Positions 30,206 to 39,994 of a stretch of 64,000 bases of DNA are shown piece after piece; the stretch's first letter is position 1; every line of letters begins with the position of its first letter. The stretch is taken from contig OZ244621.1 of the NCBI GenBank assembly GCA_965218425.1, positions 1,312,001 to 1,376,000 on the forward strand, in the 5' to 3' direction. This DNA is from an uncultured Candidatus Binatia bacterium (GTDB lineage: Bacteria > Desulfobacterota > Binatia > UBA9968 > CAXXLF01). The notes beneath the pieces were generated by a model. It made no database searches, had not been told where the DNA came from, and was given only the letters and a program-made list of their open reading frames with translations. The translations under genes were made by a program, and so were the position numbers.

Positions 30206-30415
30206 GTGAAAACGAAGACTGCCATTATTTCTATTGATGACCTAGATTCTGAGTCTGCTCCAAAGTTGACCGCATTGCTCAACGGCGTTCCCGGAGTCGA
30301 AACCGTCAATCTCAGCTTGGAGCGAAAGGTGGCGGTCGTTGAATTTGACCCGGAGCAAACTCAAGTGGATGACCTGCTTCGAGCCGTACTAAAAGAAGGA
30401 TACCACGTATCGTAA
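30206..30415 (+). CDS. HMA/CopZ-fold small protein lacking the CxxC motif
   Basis: L..VPGV..V.LSLE...A.VEFDP......L..AV...GY pattern; GM.C..C position reads DDLDSES. Confidence 0.7.
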   Translation: MKTKTAIISIDDLDSESAPKLTALLNGVPGVETVNLSLERKVAVVEFDPEQTQVDDLLRAVLKEGYHVS

Positions 30416-30433
30416 GTTGCTTCACTAAAAGAA

Positions 30434-31792
30434 TTAGTCCCCTGCCACGGTGAGGCGGGAAATCTTGACGGTGGGGGATGAAACCCGGTACCTCATATCA
30501 AGGTCTTTTCCCACCATCTCGATATTCATAAGCATATCCTTGAGGTTCCCAGCGATGGTCACCTCCTGCACCGGGTAGGCCAATTGCCCTCCCTCGATCC
30601 AGAGACCCGCCGCCCCGCGAGAGTAATCACCTGAGACCAGATTGACCCCAAAGCCAATCAATTCAGTTACATAAAATCCCTCGTCCACGGATCCGATGAT
30701 TTCCTCGGGACTGTGGGTCCCGGGGGAAAGGTAAAAATTGGTGGGTGCCACTCCAGGGGGGGCCCCCACGGATCGGGAGGCGTTTCCCGTGGACGGATAG
30801 CCAAGCTTTTTACCGCTGTAGGTATCCAGGAGGTAGCTCTGCAGAACACCTTTTTCCACGACTCTTTTTTCCGTAACGGGAAGCCCCTCACCGTCAAAGG
30901 GCTTGGACCCGAGGGCCCCATGGATAGTCCCGTCATCCACCACCGTTACACAGTTGGATGCTATTTGATTCCCAATCTTTCCCATTAGAAAAGAGGCGCC
31001 CTTATAGAGAGCATCGCCGGAGAGTCCCCGAGAAAGGTGACGCAAGAGGGAGGCGGCAGTTTCTGGATCAAAAATGACCGGCACCCCGCGGGTCTTGATC
31101 TTCCGTGCCCCCAAACGCCTCAGCACGCGCTCGGCTGCCTTCTGTCCCACCGCCTGAGGGGATTCGAGACGGGAAAACTTGCGCCGTGAAGAAAACCAAA
31201 AATCGCGCTGCATGGATCCATTGAACTTAGCCACCGGCGCAGCGGACAGACTGAAAGCCGAATCCTCATACTCGCCAGAAAAGCCGTTGCTATTGGCATA
31301 GATGAGGCGGCTAAATTGATTTGAGAATTCACCTCCCTCGGAATTGGTAATGCGCGGATCATAACCAAGGGCTTTTTCCTCCGCTTCCCGGGCAAGACGG
31401 ATTCTTTCCTCCACAGAAAGGGAACGGGCTTGGCCATCAAGCAGGTCTAGATCATCTATACCTTTTGCCAGTTCCTCCGGGCGGGGCAACCCACTGAACC
31501 GGTCAGGCACCGTGGCACGAGCCATCACGCAAGTATCATGAACGAGGTTATCCAAGGAGTCCCGGGAGATGTCAGAGGTGGAACCCGTGGCAGAACTTTG
31601 ACTGAAGAAGAGCCTTAGACCCAACCTTTTTTCCTGGGCCTGACTGATCTTTTCCACTTCTCCGAGCCGTACGGTCACGAAGAATGAATCACTTTCCACC
31701 ATGACCACATCCCCTTCGGTGGCCCCCTTCTTCTTTGCCTGAGCTAGGATTTCCCTGGCCAATTCCTGACTCAATTCTAAACGATCCATCAA
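30434..31792 (-). CDS. pmbA: TldE/PmbA metalloprotease subunit
   Basis: VRLGEVE, FDGEG, STGNA.R, GVN.VSGDYSRGAAG, EVTIAGNL. Confidence 0.92.
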   Translation of the reverse strand: MMDRLELSQELAREILAQAKKKGATEGDVVMVESDSFFVTVRLGEVEKISQAQEKRLGLRLFFSQSSATGSTSDISRDSLDNLVHDTCVMARATVPDRFSGLPRPEELAKGIDDLDLLDGQARSLSVEERIRLAREAEEKALGYDPRITNSEGGEFSNQFSRLIYANSNGFSGEYEDSAFSLSAAPVAKFNGSMQRDFWFSSRRKFSRLESPQAVGQKAAERVLRRLGARKIKTRGVPVIFDPETAASLLRHLSRGLSGDALYKGASFLMGKIGNQIASNCVTVVDDGTIHGALGSKPFDGEGLPVTEKRVVEKGVLQSYLLDTYSGKKLGYPSTGNASRSVGAPPGVAPTNFYLSPGTHSPEEIIGSVDEGFYVTELIGFGVNLVSGDYSRGAAGLWIEGGQLAYPVQEVTIAGNLKDMLMNIEMVGKDLDMRYRVSSPTVKISRLTVAGD

Positions 31793-31802
31793 ATCACCTT
31801 TT

Positions 31803-31980
31803 TTCGTTCACCTTGTCTATCTGATCCGTTTTATTGTTCCGGTCTGTTTAGTTCATTTTGTCCATTGCGTTTTTTTATTCTATTTCTTCGCTCTCGTTGA
31901 TATTGTTGATCTCCTGGATCCGGCCTACTTCATCAAACTCTAACGACCGAATGGACCGGATAGACTGAATGGACTAAAAA
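31803..31980. repeat. Nonamer-periodic inverted repeat array between tldD and pmbA
   Basis: aacgaccga-atggaccgg-atagactga-atggactaa at about 31942-31977; complementary-type units at about 31813-31868. Confidence 0.55.
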
Positions 31981-31985
31981 CCGGG

Positions 31986-33440
31986 TTATTTAGAAGCTTT
32001 CGTTCCTCCTACCGTGATCCCATCGATTTTGATGGTGGGAAGTCCGACTCCCACTGGAACCGATTGACCATCCTTGCCACAGGTCCCCACGCCTTCGTCC
32101 AGGCTCAAATCCGTCCCAACCATGGAGACGCGTTTCAAGACATCTGGCCCGCTCCCAATCAGAGTAGCCCCTCTGATGGGTCGAGTCCTCTTTCCGTCCT
32201 CAATGAGATAGGCCTCACTGGCCGAAAAGACAAATTTTCCGTTGGTAATATCCACCTGCCCTCCGCCAAAGTTTACCGCATAAATCCCCTTCTTGACGCA
32301 GCGTAAGATATCCTCGGGGGAAGAATCCCCTGCCAACATAAAGGTATTGGTCATCCGCGGCATTGGAATATGGGCATAGCTTTCACGGCGTCCGTTCCCG
32401 GTGAGGGGCATCCCCATCAGGGAGGCGTTGAGGCGATCCTGAAGATAACCCGTTAACACACCCTTCTCAATCAGCACGGTTCGATGGGTGGGGGTACCTT
32501 CGTCATCGTGATTCAAGGATCCCCGGCGGGAGGGTATCGTTCCATCGTCAACCACGGTGCAGTGCTCGGAAGCGACTTTTTCCCCAATACGATCCGAAAA
32601 TGCGGAGATCTTTTTCCGGTTAAAGTCCCCTTCCAAGCCATGCCCTATGGCCTCATGGAGAAGGATACCAGGCCATCCCGGACCCAGAACCACATCCATC
32701 TCACCAGCCGGGGCATCTTCGGCCTCGAGGTTTAAAAGGGCCTGCCGCACCGCTTCACGCGTGTAACGCTCGTAGTCTTTCTTCTCGGTGAGAAACGAAA
32801 ATCCTACCCTTCCTCCCCCGCCAAAACCCCCCATCTGTCGATTGTCTCCATCCTCTGCGATACAGGTCACGTTGAGTCGGATGAGGGGCTGCACATCGCC
32901 GACAACCCAGCCATCTGAGGAGGCCACGAGAACGATTTTACGCTGGGTGACAAGGCTGACAAATACGTTCTTAACCCGCTGGTCGATACTCCGGGCCAAA
33001 CGGTCCATATCATGAAGCAGAGCAATTCTTTCCTCTAGCTTGACCTCGGCAGCGTCGCTCTCCACCGGATAGAGATTGTGCGGCACGCCTTGTGCTCCGC
33101 CCACGGGTACGGGCACATGGGCTCCCTTGTTTTGGGCGATGTAGCGGGCCGTACGGGCGGCCAATTCCAGATTTTCAATGGTAATGTCGTCGGTAAAGGC
33201 ATATCCGGTTTTTGCCTCCGCCAAAACTCTAACCCCTACTCCATTGGCCGCGGAACCGGAGGCGTTTTTGACCATGCCCTCTTCCAGGCTGATGGCCTCA
33301 TTGCTTCGATATTCGAAATAGAGGTCCGCATAATCAGCCTTGCTTTCCAAGGCCCTGGAAAGGACTTTATCTAAATCCCGCGACGTGACGCCAAATCGCC
33401 GGTCGAAAAACGATGTGGCGGGTATCACTTCTTGAGCCAT
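31986..33440 (-). CDS. tldD: Metalloprotease TldD
   Basis: GWPGILLHEAIGHGLEGDFNRK, DDEG, PRMTNT, CGKDGQSVPVG. Confidence 0.96.
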   Translation of the reverse strand: MAQEVIPATSFFDRRFGVTSRDLDKVLSRALESKADYADLYFEYRSNEAISLEEGMVKNASGSAANGVGVRVLAEAKTGYAFTDDITIENLELAARTARYIAQNKGAHVPVPVGGAQGVPHNLYPVESDAAEVKLEERIALLHDMDRLARSIDQRVKNVFVSLVTQRKIVLVASSDGWVVGDVQPLIRLNVTCIAEDGDNRQMGGFGGGGRVGFSFLTEKKDYERYTREAVRQALLNLEAEDAPAGEMDVVLGPGWPGILLHEAIGHGLEGDFNRKKISAFSDRIGEKVASEHCTVVDDGTIPSRRGSLNHDDEGTPTHRTVLIEKGVLTGYLQDRLNASLMGMPLTGNGRRESYAHIPMPRMTNTFMLAGDSSPEDILRCVKKGIYAVNFGGGQVDITNGKFVFSASEAYLIEDGKRTRPIRGATLIGSGPDVLKRVSMVGTDLSLDEGVGTCGKDGQSVPVGVGLPTIKIDGITVGGTKASK

Positions 33441-33563
33441 GGCTTTTCTCCTCTCTCATACACCCACGGGCAGCATTTCTGCCCCTTGAAAATGAGTATA
33501 GTATATGATTAGGGTAATGGACAGTCCAATAACCCATCGTATATCGATTGGTAAAGGTACTAA

Positions 33564-34628
33564 ATGGGAAAAACCGTTGTTCATGTAGTGGGTACAGGGA
33601 CCATAGGGGAGCCGTTGATCGGCATTCTTTCCACCTTCCGCAAGGAATTTGGTGTGGATGAAGTCACCTTCCATAAGCGAACCCCACGCGAAAACGACCG
33701 GTCAAAAGTTACAGCCCTGGGCCAGAAGGGAGCCAGTCTCTGCGTGGACAAGGAGCGCTGGAGCAGATTCAAGGCAATGGGAATGGAGCCCCGCTACGAG
33801 GCTGAAGAGGCCATAGAGAGGGCCAAGGTGATCATTGACTGCACCCCGGTGGGGAACGACAACAAGGAAAAATATTACCAGCGCTATGCCAATAACGGTC
33901 GAGGATTCATCGCCCAGGGAAGTGAGTTTGGTTTTGGCAAGATGTATGCCCGGGGAATTAACGATAAGGCCTTGACCAAAGGGACCGACCAATTCATCCA
34001 AGTGGTTAGTTGTAACACCCACAACATGGCAGCCATCATCGACACCGTCGCCTTGGGTCCGGAAAAAGGAAACAACCTCGAAGAGGGTCGCTTTGTCTGC
34101 ATGCGACGCGCCAACGACCTGAGTGAGGAAGGTGGCTACATACCCGCCCCCGAGATCGGCAGGCACGATGATTCCCAGTATGGCACTCACCAGGGGAGAG
34201 ACGCATACCACCTCTTTAAAACTCTGGACTTCGACCTTAACATCTTTTCGTCGGTCCTTAAGTTGAATACCCAATACATGCACACCCTTTACTTCGACTT
34301 GAAGCTCCTTCGGCGTGTAACCATGGAGGAGGTGATGCGCCGCATCACAGGTAACGCAAGAGTTGCCATGACGAACAAAAGCTCCATGGCTTCAGTTTTT
34401 TCCTTCGGGCGGGATCATGGACTTTTCGGTCGAATCCTCAACCAAACCGTCATTCCCACCAGTAGTCTAGCCCTCAGGGGAGACAGAGAAGTGGTTGGAA
34501 TGTGCTTTACTCCCCAGGATGGAAATTCCCTCTTGAGCAGCATCGCCGCCACCTTGTGGTTCCTCCATCCGGACACCTACGAGGATCGCATTGAACCCTT
34601 AAGGGGTTATTTTTTCAGCGAAATTTAG
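33564..34628 (+). CDS. Class II (archaeal-type) glyceraldehyde-3-phosphate dehydrogenase-like protein
   Basis: VGTGTIG, IIDCTP, FIAQGSE, QVVSCNT (catalytic Cys), MRRAND, THQGRDA, YMH. Confidence 0.75.
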   Translation: MGKTVVHVVGTGTIGEPLIGILSTFRKEFGVDEVTFHKRTPRENDRSKVTALGQKGASLCVDKERWSRFKAMGMEPRYEAEEAIERAKVIIDCTPVGNDNKEKYYQRYANNGRGFIAQGSEFGFGKMYARGINDKALTKGTDQFIQVVSCNTHNMAAIIDTVALGPEKGNNLEEGRFVCMRRANDLSEEGGYIPAPEIGRHDDSQYGTHQGRDAYHLFKTLDFDLNIFSSVLKLNTQYMHTLYFDLKLLRRVTMEEVMRRITGNARVAMTNKSSMASVFSFGRDHGLFGRILNQTVIPTSSLALRGDREVVGMCFTPQDGNSLLSSIAATLWFLHPDTYEDRIEPLRGYFFSEI

Positions 34629-34979
34629 CCAAAATCATTTGATCTCTCCCTTTGAATTTGCGCGTTTTGGGATTTGGATATACGACGACTCGCGCAAAGG
34701 ACGCCAAGTATCAATGAATTTGCAAATTGGTAACTCGAAATTCGGAACTAATCCAAACGATCAAAAAACATCAAATTCTAAACAATCTCGTTTCGGATTT
34801 TGATTTTTTTTGAATTTGACGGCGTCGGTTTGCTTGAGATTTGGTGCTTCGAAATTTAGTTCGGGGGTATCTTGCCGGAGGAATCTTTGTTGAAGTCGTT
34901 CTGTCAAACAATCTATCGGTAAGTATCTGGCTCTCATGAGTATTTTCGGCGTATGATATGAGTGACTTCCACCGTGACG

Positions 34980-35444
34980 CTATTCTACGGAACGGAGGTC
35001 AATTTCCTCAAAGCGCACCCTATCGCCAACCTTTATATGGTGTTGGATGGCGACACCTCCTTTGACTTCCAGAACAAACTGGCTTGGGTATCGCACGGCC
35101 AGGGATGCTGTGGAGAAAGGCACGGCCCGGTGGACAATTCCAACGATCTTTTTATGACGGTTAACGAAAATGAGATCCAGAGAGATGGGAGTGTTTTTCA
35201 TCCAGAAGGTTTGGACTCTCTCCTCCGTGAAGAGAAAGAGCATCCCTTGGTCCTCCGCCAATTCCTGACGGTATTGTAAACCCAACGTTCTCTTGGTGGG
35301 GGTATCGGCGATCTCTACTTTAATGGGAATTTCCTTATCCCGGCCCTGCAAGAGCACGCGAGGACCGGTGCGACAGGAAATCAGACCACTCACGAGACAC
35401 AGACTCAAAACAAGCTTGCCGTTGAGTCTCATACACTGCCACAC
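34980..35444 (-). CDS. DUF192 domain lipoprotein
   Basis: Lipobox-like LISC, VEIADT, GMLF.F, FWMKNT.ISLD.IF, VLEV.GG. Confidence 0.9.
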   Translation of the reverse strand: MWQCMRLNGKLVLSLCLVSGLISCRTGPRVLLQGRDKEIPIKVEIADTPTKRTLGLQYRQELAEDQGMLFLFTEERVQTFWMKNTPISLDLIFVNRHKKIVGIVHRAVPFSTASLAVRYPSQFVLEVKGGVAIQHHIKVGDRVRFEEIDLRSVE

Positions 35445-35455
35445 GACAACAACCC

Positions 35456-37492
35456 CTACGATTTCGCTGAATCTTTCGCTGCGGGACTCTCTCGATTCTC
35501 GCGCAGATCCATGGCCACCAGCTCGGCAATATCCAACACCTCGGGAGTTGAGTCTGTATCTTCCTTCGCTCCCTCATCGGAGAACATCCGCATGCAAAAC
35601 GGGCACCCGGTGGCGATGGTTTTTGCTCCCGTACCCTTCAATTCCCGGAAGCGATTGGCGCTGACCCGTTCGGCCCCTTTCTCCTCTTCCTTGAAGAACT
35701 GGCCCCCCCCCGCACCACAGCAAAAACTGTCGCTACGGTTTCGGGGTGGTTCGTTTAGTTGGAAGCCCATGGAGCGAATGACTTCCCGGGGCTGGTTATA
35801 AATCCCGTTGTGGCGTCCCAGATAACAAGGATCATGGTAGGTAACGGAACTTTTCGACGTCGTGGGGACAGCCAGTTTGCCCGCTTGCACCAGCTCCGCT
35901 ATGAATTCAGTATGATGCTTGACCACATAGTTTCCGCCAAACTGTGAGTACTCGTTCCCCACGGTGTGAAAACAGTGGGCACAGGTTGTCACGATGACTT
36001 TAGGTGCAACGGAATTCAAAGTTTCCACGTTGGCGGTTGCCATCTCGGCGAATAGATACTCGTTTCCGGCGCGGCGGGCGGAATCTCCTGTACACTTTTC
36101 CTGTGAGCCAAGCACCGCCCAGTTGAGCCCTGCAGCGTGCAGGATTTCGGCCATACTCACTGCGATCTTCTGAGCCCGCGAATCGTAGGAGGGAACACAG
36201 CCCACCCAGTAAAGTATATCTGGATTCGGGTGTTGCTCTACCGTCGGCACGGGGAAGGGCAAAGTGGCCGCCCAGTCCAACCTCTGCTCCGGAGGAAGGA
36301 CCCATGGGTTTCCCGAGTTTTCCATCCCATTGAAGGCCTGCTTTAACTGGTTGGGAAAGTCAGCTTCCATTAAGACACGCTCTCGGCGCACGTCCAAAAT
36401 ATGGAGCATCTGCTCGTTGCCCACCGGGCAGACTTCAACGCAGGCGTTGCATGTGGTGCATGACCAGGCGGCTTCCTTATTGAGGGCAAAATCCAAAAGG
36501 GCGCGTGGTTCTGCATCCTCCTTACCAAAGATGCCCAAGGTTCGATTCATTTCGTAACGCTCATTGATCAGGATCGCCGCGGGGCTCAAGGGCTTGCCAG
36601 TGGCATAGGCCGGGCAAACATCCTGGCAACGATTGCACATGATGCAACTATAGGCATCCATCAGTCGCGGCCAGGCAAAGTCCTTGAGGGTCGCTGCTCC
36701 AAAAGACTCTTCATTCTCGAAATCCATGGGTTCCAACACGCCAGGTTTGTGCTTCTTCAGTGCGAGATTCAACGGGGCCAGCATGATGTGGATATGTTTG
36801 GACCTGGGAAAGTAAGGCAGAAACAGAAAGATCGAGCCGAGTGCGCCCCACCAGAAAAAGTGTTGCAGTCCTTCCAGCAGACCCGGGCTCAGCCCCGAGA
36901 AAAGGCCGGTAAAAACTCCTGCAACCGGCTGAAAGGGGTCCAGGCCCTCATGGGCCAGTTGGGTGCTCTTGGATAGAAGGCGGCTGCCCACGTGAAAGAC
37001 GATAAAGCCTCCCACAATGGCGGAATCCCATGGAATCCCACTTCTGACATTTTCGTGAAGGGGCACATTGGAGGCAATTTTAAAATCGGATGGCTTTGCC
37101 AAGAAGCGTCGGATCATCAAACCCACAATGCCAACCAGCACGCTGGCCGTCAGGAGATCCGCCAACAGGTTAAAGGGATTCCAGATCCCTCCACGGGCAA
37201 CCCAAGGGAAAAATCCCTCCAAGACATCCACCAGGTTAACCAGAAAGTAATAAACAAACCCATAAAAAACCATGGCATGGAGAAAGGAAACCAGGGGACG
37301 TTTTTTGAAAAGAGACTGCTGGGTCAGAACAATCCACAATGCACGAAGGATACGCTGAAGGGGGCGATCAAAGCGTGGGCTAGACTTTCCTGACGCGATG
37401 GCCTGGTAGACACCATAAAAGCCCGTACTCGCATAGGACAGGCACAAGAGGGCCAAGAGCAGGAAGGCTATCTTTTCTACAGATGTGAGCAT
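35456..37492 (-). CDS. Membrane-bound Fe-S oxidoreductase (FadF/GlpC/Hdr-related, CCG domains)
   Basis: N-terminal TMs; CIMCNRCQDVCP and CTTCNACVEVCP; YHDPCYLGRHN, FCCGAGGG, CPFC. Confidence 0.92.
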   Translation of the reverse strand: MLTSVEKIAFLLLALLCLSYASTGFYGVYQAIASGKSSPRFDRPLQRILRALWIVLTQQSLFKKRPLVSFLHAMVFYGFVYYFLVNLVDVLEGFFPWVARGGIWNPFNLLADLLTASVLVGIVGLMIRRFLAKPSDFKIASNVPLHENVRSGIPWDSAIVGGFIVFHVGSRLLSKSTQLAHEGLDPFQPVAGVFTGLFSGLSPGLLEGLQHFFWWGALGSIFLFLPYFPRSKHIHIMLAPLNLALKKHKPGVLEPMDFENEESFGAATLKDFAWPRLMDAYSCIMCNRCQDVCPAYATGKPLSPAAILINERYEMNRTLGIFGKEDAEPRALLDFALNKEAAWSCTTCNACVEVCPVGNEQMLHILDVRRERVLMEADFPNQLKQAFNGMENSGNPWVLPPEQRLDWAATLPFPVPTVEQHPNPDILYWVGCVPSYDSRAQKIAVSMAEILHAAGLNWAVLGSQEKCTGDSARRAGNEYLFAEMATANVETLNSVAPKVIVTTCAHCFHTVGNEYSQFGGNYVVKHHTEFIAELVQAGKLAVPTTSKSSVTYHDPCYLGRHNGIYNQPREVIRSMGFQLNEPPRNRSDSFCCGAGGGQFFKEEEKGAERVSANRFRELKGTGAKTIATGCPFCMRMFSDEGAKEDTDSTPEVLDIAELVAMDLRENRESPAAKDSAKS

Positions 37493-37904
37493 GGGCTCTC
37501 CCTAAAAGATGTTGTTACTCTTCAACCAATGGATGCTTATGATAGAGACAATTTGCGAGTCAAGAACATAACAAATGAATCGGTAAGGGACTGTTCGGAT
37601 TCGGGAGTCTGAGCTCAGAGGGAGCCAATGGGCCGATGCCTCGATGCCACGTCAAATTAATCTGGCATATCAGTAGGCCTGAAGCACACGTATGGGACGT
37701 CTCCCCTTCTTCGATGCAGGCCTGTTCATCCCATGGAGTAAGCGAAGAATTTGCGAGCAGTGGATCAATGGATCGCATTTCCCTCTACTGCTCCAATTTC
37801 CAACGCTCCAAGGCGCAAAGCGCCTTCCAGGCTCGCTTCCTGAGAAGCATACGGGATCGTGGCTCAAGACATCCAGGGACCAACCAGAAATCTTTTCTAC
37901 CACC

Positions 37905-38684
37905 CTACTGATGATAACCGAGACGTTGGGAGAGATCATTGCCGCCTTTGAGGGTTAGGGGAATAATCTCTTCCTCAATTTTTTCCCGACTCAAGCGATG
38001 TCCAGGCCCTATGACCGAGAGACTCCCCACCAAAACTCGGGTGTGATCACGAACGGGCACTGCCACGCATCGTACATCTTCAATAAATTCACCAAGATCC
38101 GTTGCAAATCCTCCTTCGCTGATCTCCTGGATCTGTTTGAGAAGAAGCTGGCGGTCTACGATGGTTTTTTCGGTGTAGCGCACCAAGGATTCTGGAATGC
38201 CACTTCGAAGCTCATCGCCAAACGCAAAGGCCAAGTGAATTTTGCCAGGAGCAGTGCAGTACAAGGGGAGGGTCTCCCCTACAATGGATGCCACCCTCAC
38301 AGGACTCTTAGACTCGACAAAGTCCAACGGCACGATTCCGGTTCCCTTTCTCAATGCCACAAAGGTGCTCTCTCCTGACTCTTGAGCCAATGTGGTCAGT
38401 GTCGCCTGTGCCTGGTGCAAGAATCCTATTTGACGGACATAGGCCTGACCTAGCTGATGGCACTTTAACCCAAGGCGATAATTTTCCGTTGCCTTATTCT
38501 GCTCAATGTAACCCCGCGCCTCCAGGGTTGCCAGTAGGCGAAAAACATTGTTTTTATGAAGTTTCAATCTCTTGCTCAATTCCGTAACACCAATTTCATC
38601 CCCCGCCCCAGGAAATTGCTCCAGCACATCAAGAGCATGAGATACAGAGTGAATAACGTAATTAGACTTCTCTCTCCGAACCAT
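37905..38684 (-). CDS. IclR family transcriptional regulator
   Basis: SV.HALDVLE, GVTELS..L.LHKNNVFRLLATLE.RGY HTH, LYCTAPGK, CVAVPVRD. Confidence 0.93.
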   Translation of the reverse strand: MVRREKSNYVIHSVSHALDVLEQFPGAGDEIGVTELSKRLKLHKNNVFRLLATLEARGYIEQNKATENYRLGLKCHQLGQAYVRQIGFLHQAQATLTTLAQESGESTFVALRKGTGIVPLDFVESKSPVRVASIVGETLPLYCTAPGKIHLAFAFGDELRSGIPESLVRYTEKTIVDRQLLLKQIQEISEGGFATDLGEFIEDVRCVAVPVRDHTRVLVGSLSVIGPGHRLSREKIEEEIIPLTLKGGNDLSQRLGYHQ

Positions 38685-38756
38685 ATCCCCTCCATGCAAG
38701 AAGACCTGTGGCCTAGATGCCCCTGGGCAAAATTGGCCATAACAAAAAGGCGTTTT

Positions 38757-38786
38757 AATCTATACTGGGGCACTACGGGTTGTCAA
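38757..38786 (-). promoter_or_regulatory. Sigma70-type promoter for the IclR gene
   Basis: TTGACA-N16-TATAGATT on the minus strand. Confidence 0.45.
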
Positions 38787-38831
38787 ACGGTGGGGGGAGG
38801 TGGGGGCGGAGCAACCTATCCCGAGGGCTGA

Positions 38832-39021
38832 CCCCGATCCGACATTAAATAGGTCCAAGAATTCATTGCCTGCAAGCATCAGATCACGGTCCGGAGCCGT
38901 TTGTTCCAAAAATCGACAACTCACCTTTAGCGCACCTGGGAGTCTGCGACCAAAATGTCAACGGTTATTGAAACGTCTGGCCCAGGATCATATAGGGTCG
39001 CTATTTTTTGCCGGATCGGGG
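38832..39021. repeat. Intergenic segment bounded by inverted CCCCGATCCG repeats (MITE/REP-like)
   Basis: ccccgatccg 38832-38841 and cggatcgggg 39012-39021, the latter abutting the fsa stop codon. Confidence 0.5.
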
Positions 39022-39672
39022 CTAAAATTTTTCTGGAACCTTTTCCCAATCCTTTAAAAATCGCTCTATGCCAATATCGGTCAAAGGATGCTGTGTCAAT
39101 TGTTTGAGTACAGCGAAAGGTATGGTGGCGACATGGGCACCAATCAAAGCGGCCGACAGTACATGGACTGGATTGCGGACACTGGCAACTAGAACTTCCG
39201 TGGTCATTTGATAATTTTTATAGATCTTAACGATCTGCTCGATGATATCCATACCGGTCTGCGAAATGTCATCCAGGCGACCGATAAATGGGCTGATGTA
39301 GGCCGCTCCCGCCTTGGCAGCCAGTAGTGCCTGAACCGGAGTAAAGCAAAGGGTCACGTTGCATTGAATCCCCTTTTCCTTAAGGGCTCTCACGGCCTTG
39401 AGTCCTTCCGTGGTCAAAGGTACCTTGACCACCACGTTTTTTCCGTAGCGTATGAGCTTTTCCCCCTCCTGGATCATCCCCTCCGCGTCTCGACTAACCG
39501 TTTCGAGACTCACGGGTCCAGTCACCAGTGAACAGATGTCTTTCACCACCTCATCGAATCCCCTGCCAATCTTGGAGACTAATGTGGGATTCGTAGTAAC
39601 TCCATCGATAAGCCCCATGCTGTGAGCCTCGGAAATTTCACGTATGTCCGCGGTATCGAGAAAAAACTTCAT
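39022..39672 (-). CDS. fsa: Transaldolase / fructose-6-phosphate aldolase family
   Basis: [20 protein letters not shown] (Schiff-base Lys), [23 protein letters not shown]. Confidence 0.93.
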   Translation of the reverse strand: MKFFLDTADIREISEAHSMGLIDGVTTNPTLVSKIGRGFDEVVKDICSLVTGPVSLETVSRDAEGMIQEGEKLIRYGKNVVVKVPLTTEGLKAVRALKEKGIQCNVTLCFTPVQALLAAKAGAAYISPFIGRLDDISQTGMDIIEQIVKIYKNYQMTTEVLVASVRNPVHVLSAALIGAHVATIPFAVLKQLTQHPLTDIGIERFLKDWEKVPEKF

Positions 39673-39994
39673 AATTCCTCCTGTTTTCTATCTAGCACTC
39701 CTATTATGAAATGCCAATAATCCCCGATCCAAATGATGATGAGTCAGCGCGGTTATCGATATAGCGCTGGAGAATGTACGGGCTGTGTAAAGGGTTTGCC
39801 GGAGGACCAAACGGGTAAGGACTTATTTCGACGTTAGACTTTGCAACCTTTTTTCAAACGGTTATGCTGGACGACTGTCGGCGGAAATCGCTTTGAACCG
39901 GGGAAAATTTTGCGATTTCCGCCTCGTCATTCGGGTCAATAGTTGTCCCCAAGGGTAATTTTCAGCTAGAATAAATAGATTTTTGGTGAGTTCC

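Noticed and set aside
37500..37905. Short ORFs between the IclR and Fe-S genes
   Set aside because: No recognisable motif or RBS in any frame.
39720..39990. trp attenuator leader peptide
   Set aside because: No short ORF with tandem Trp codons seen upstream of the Rrf2 gene or trpE.
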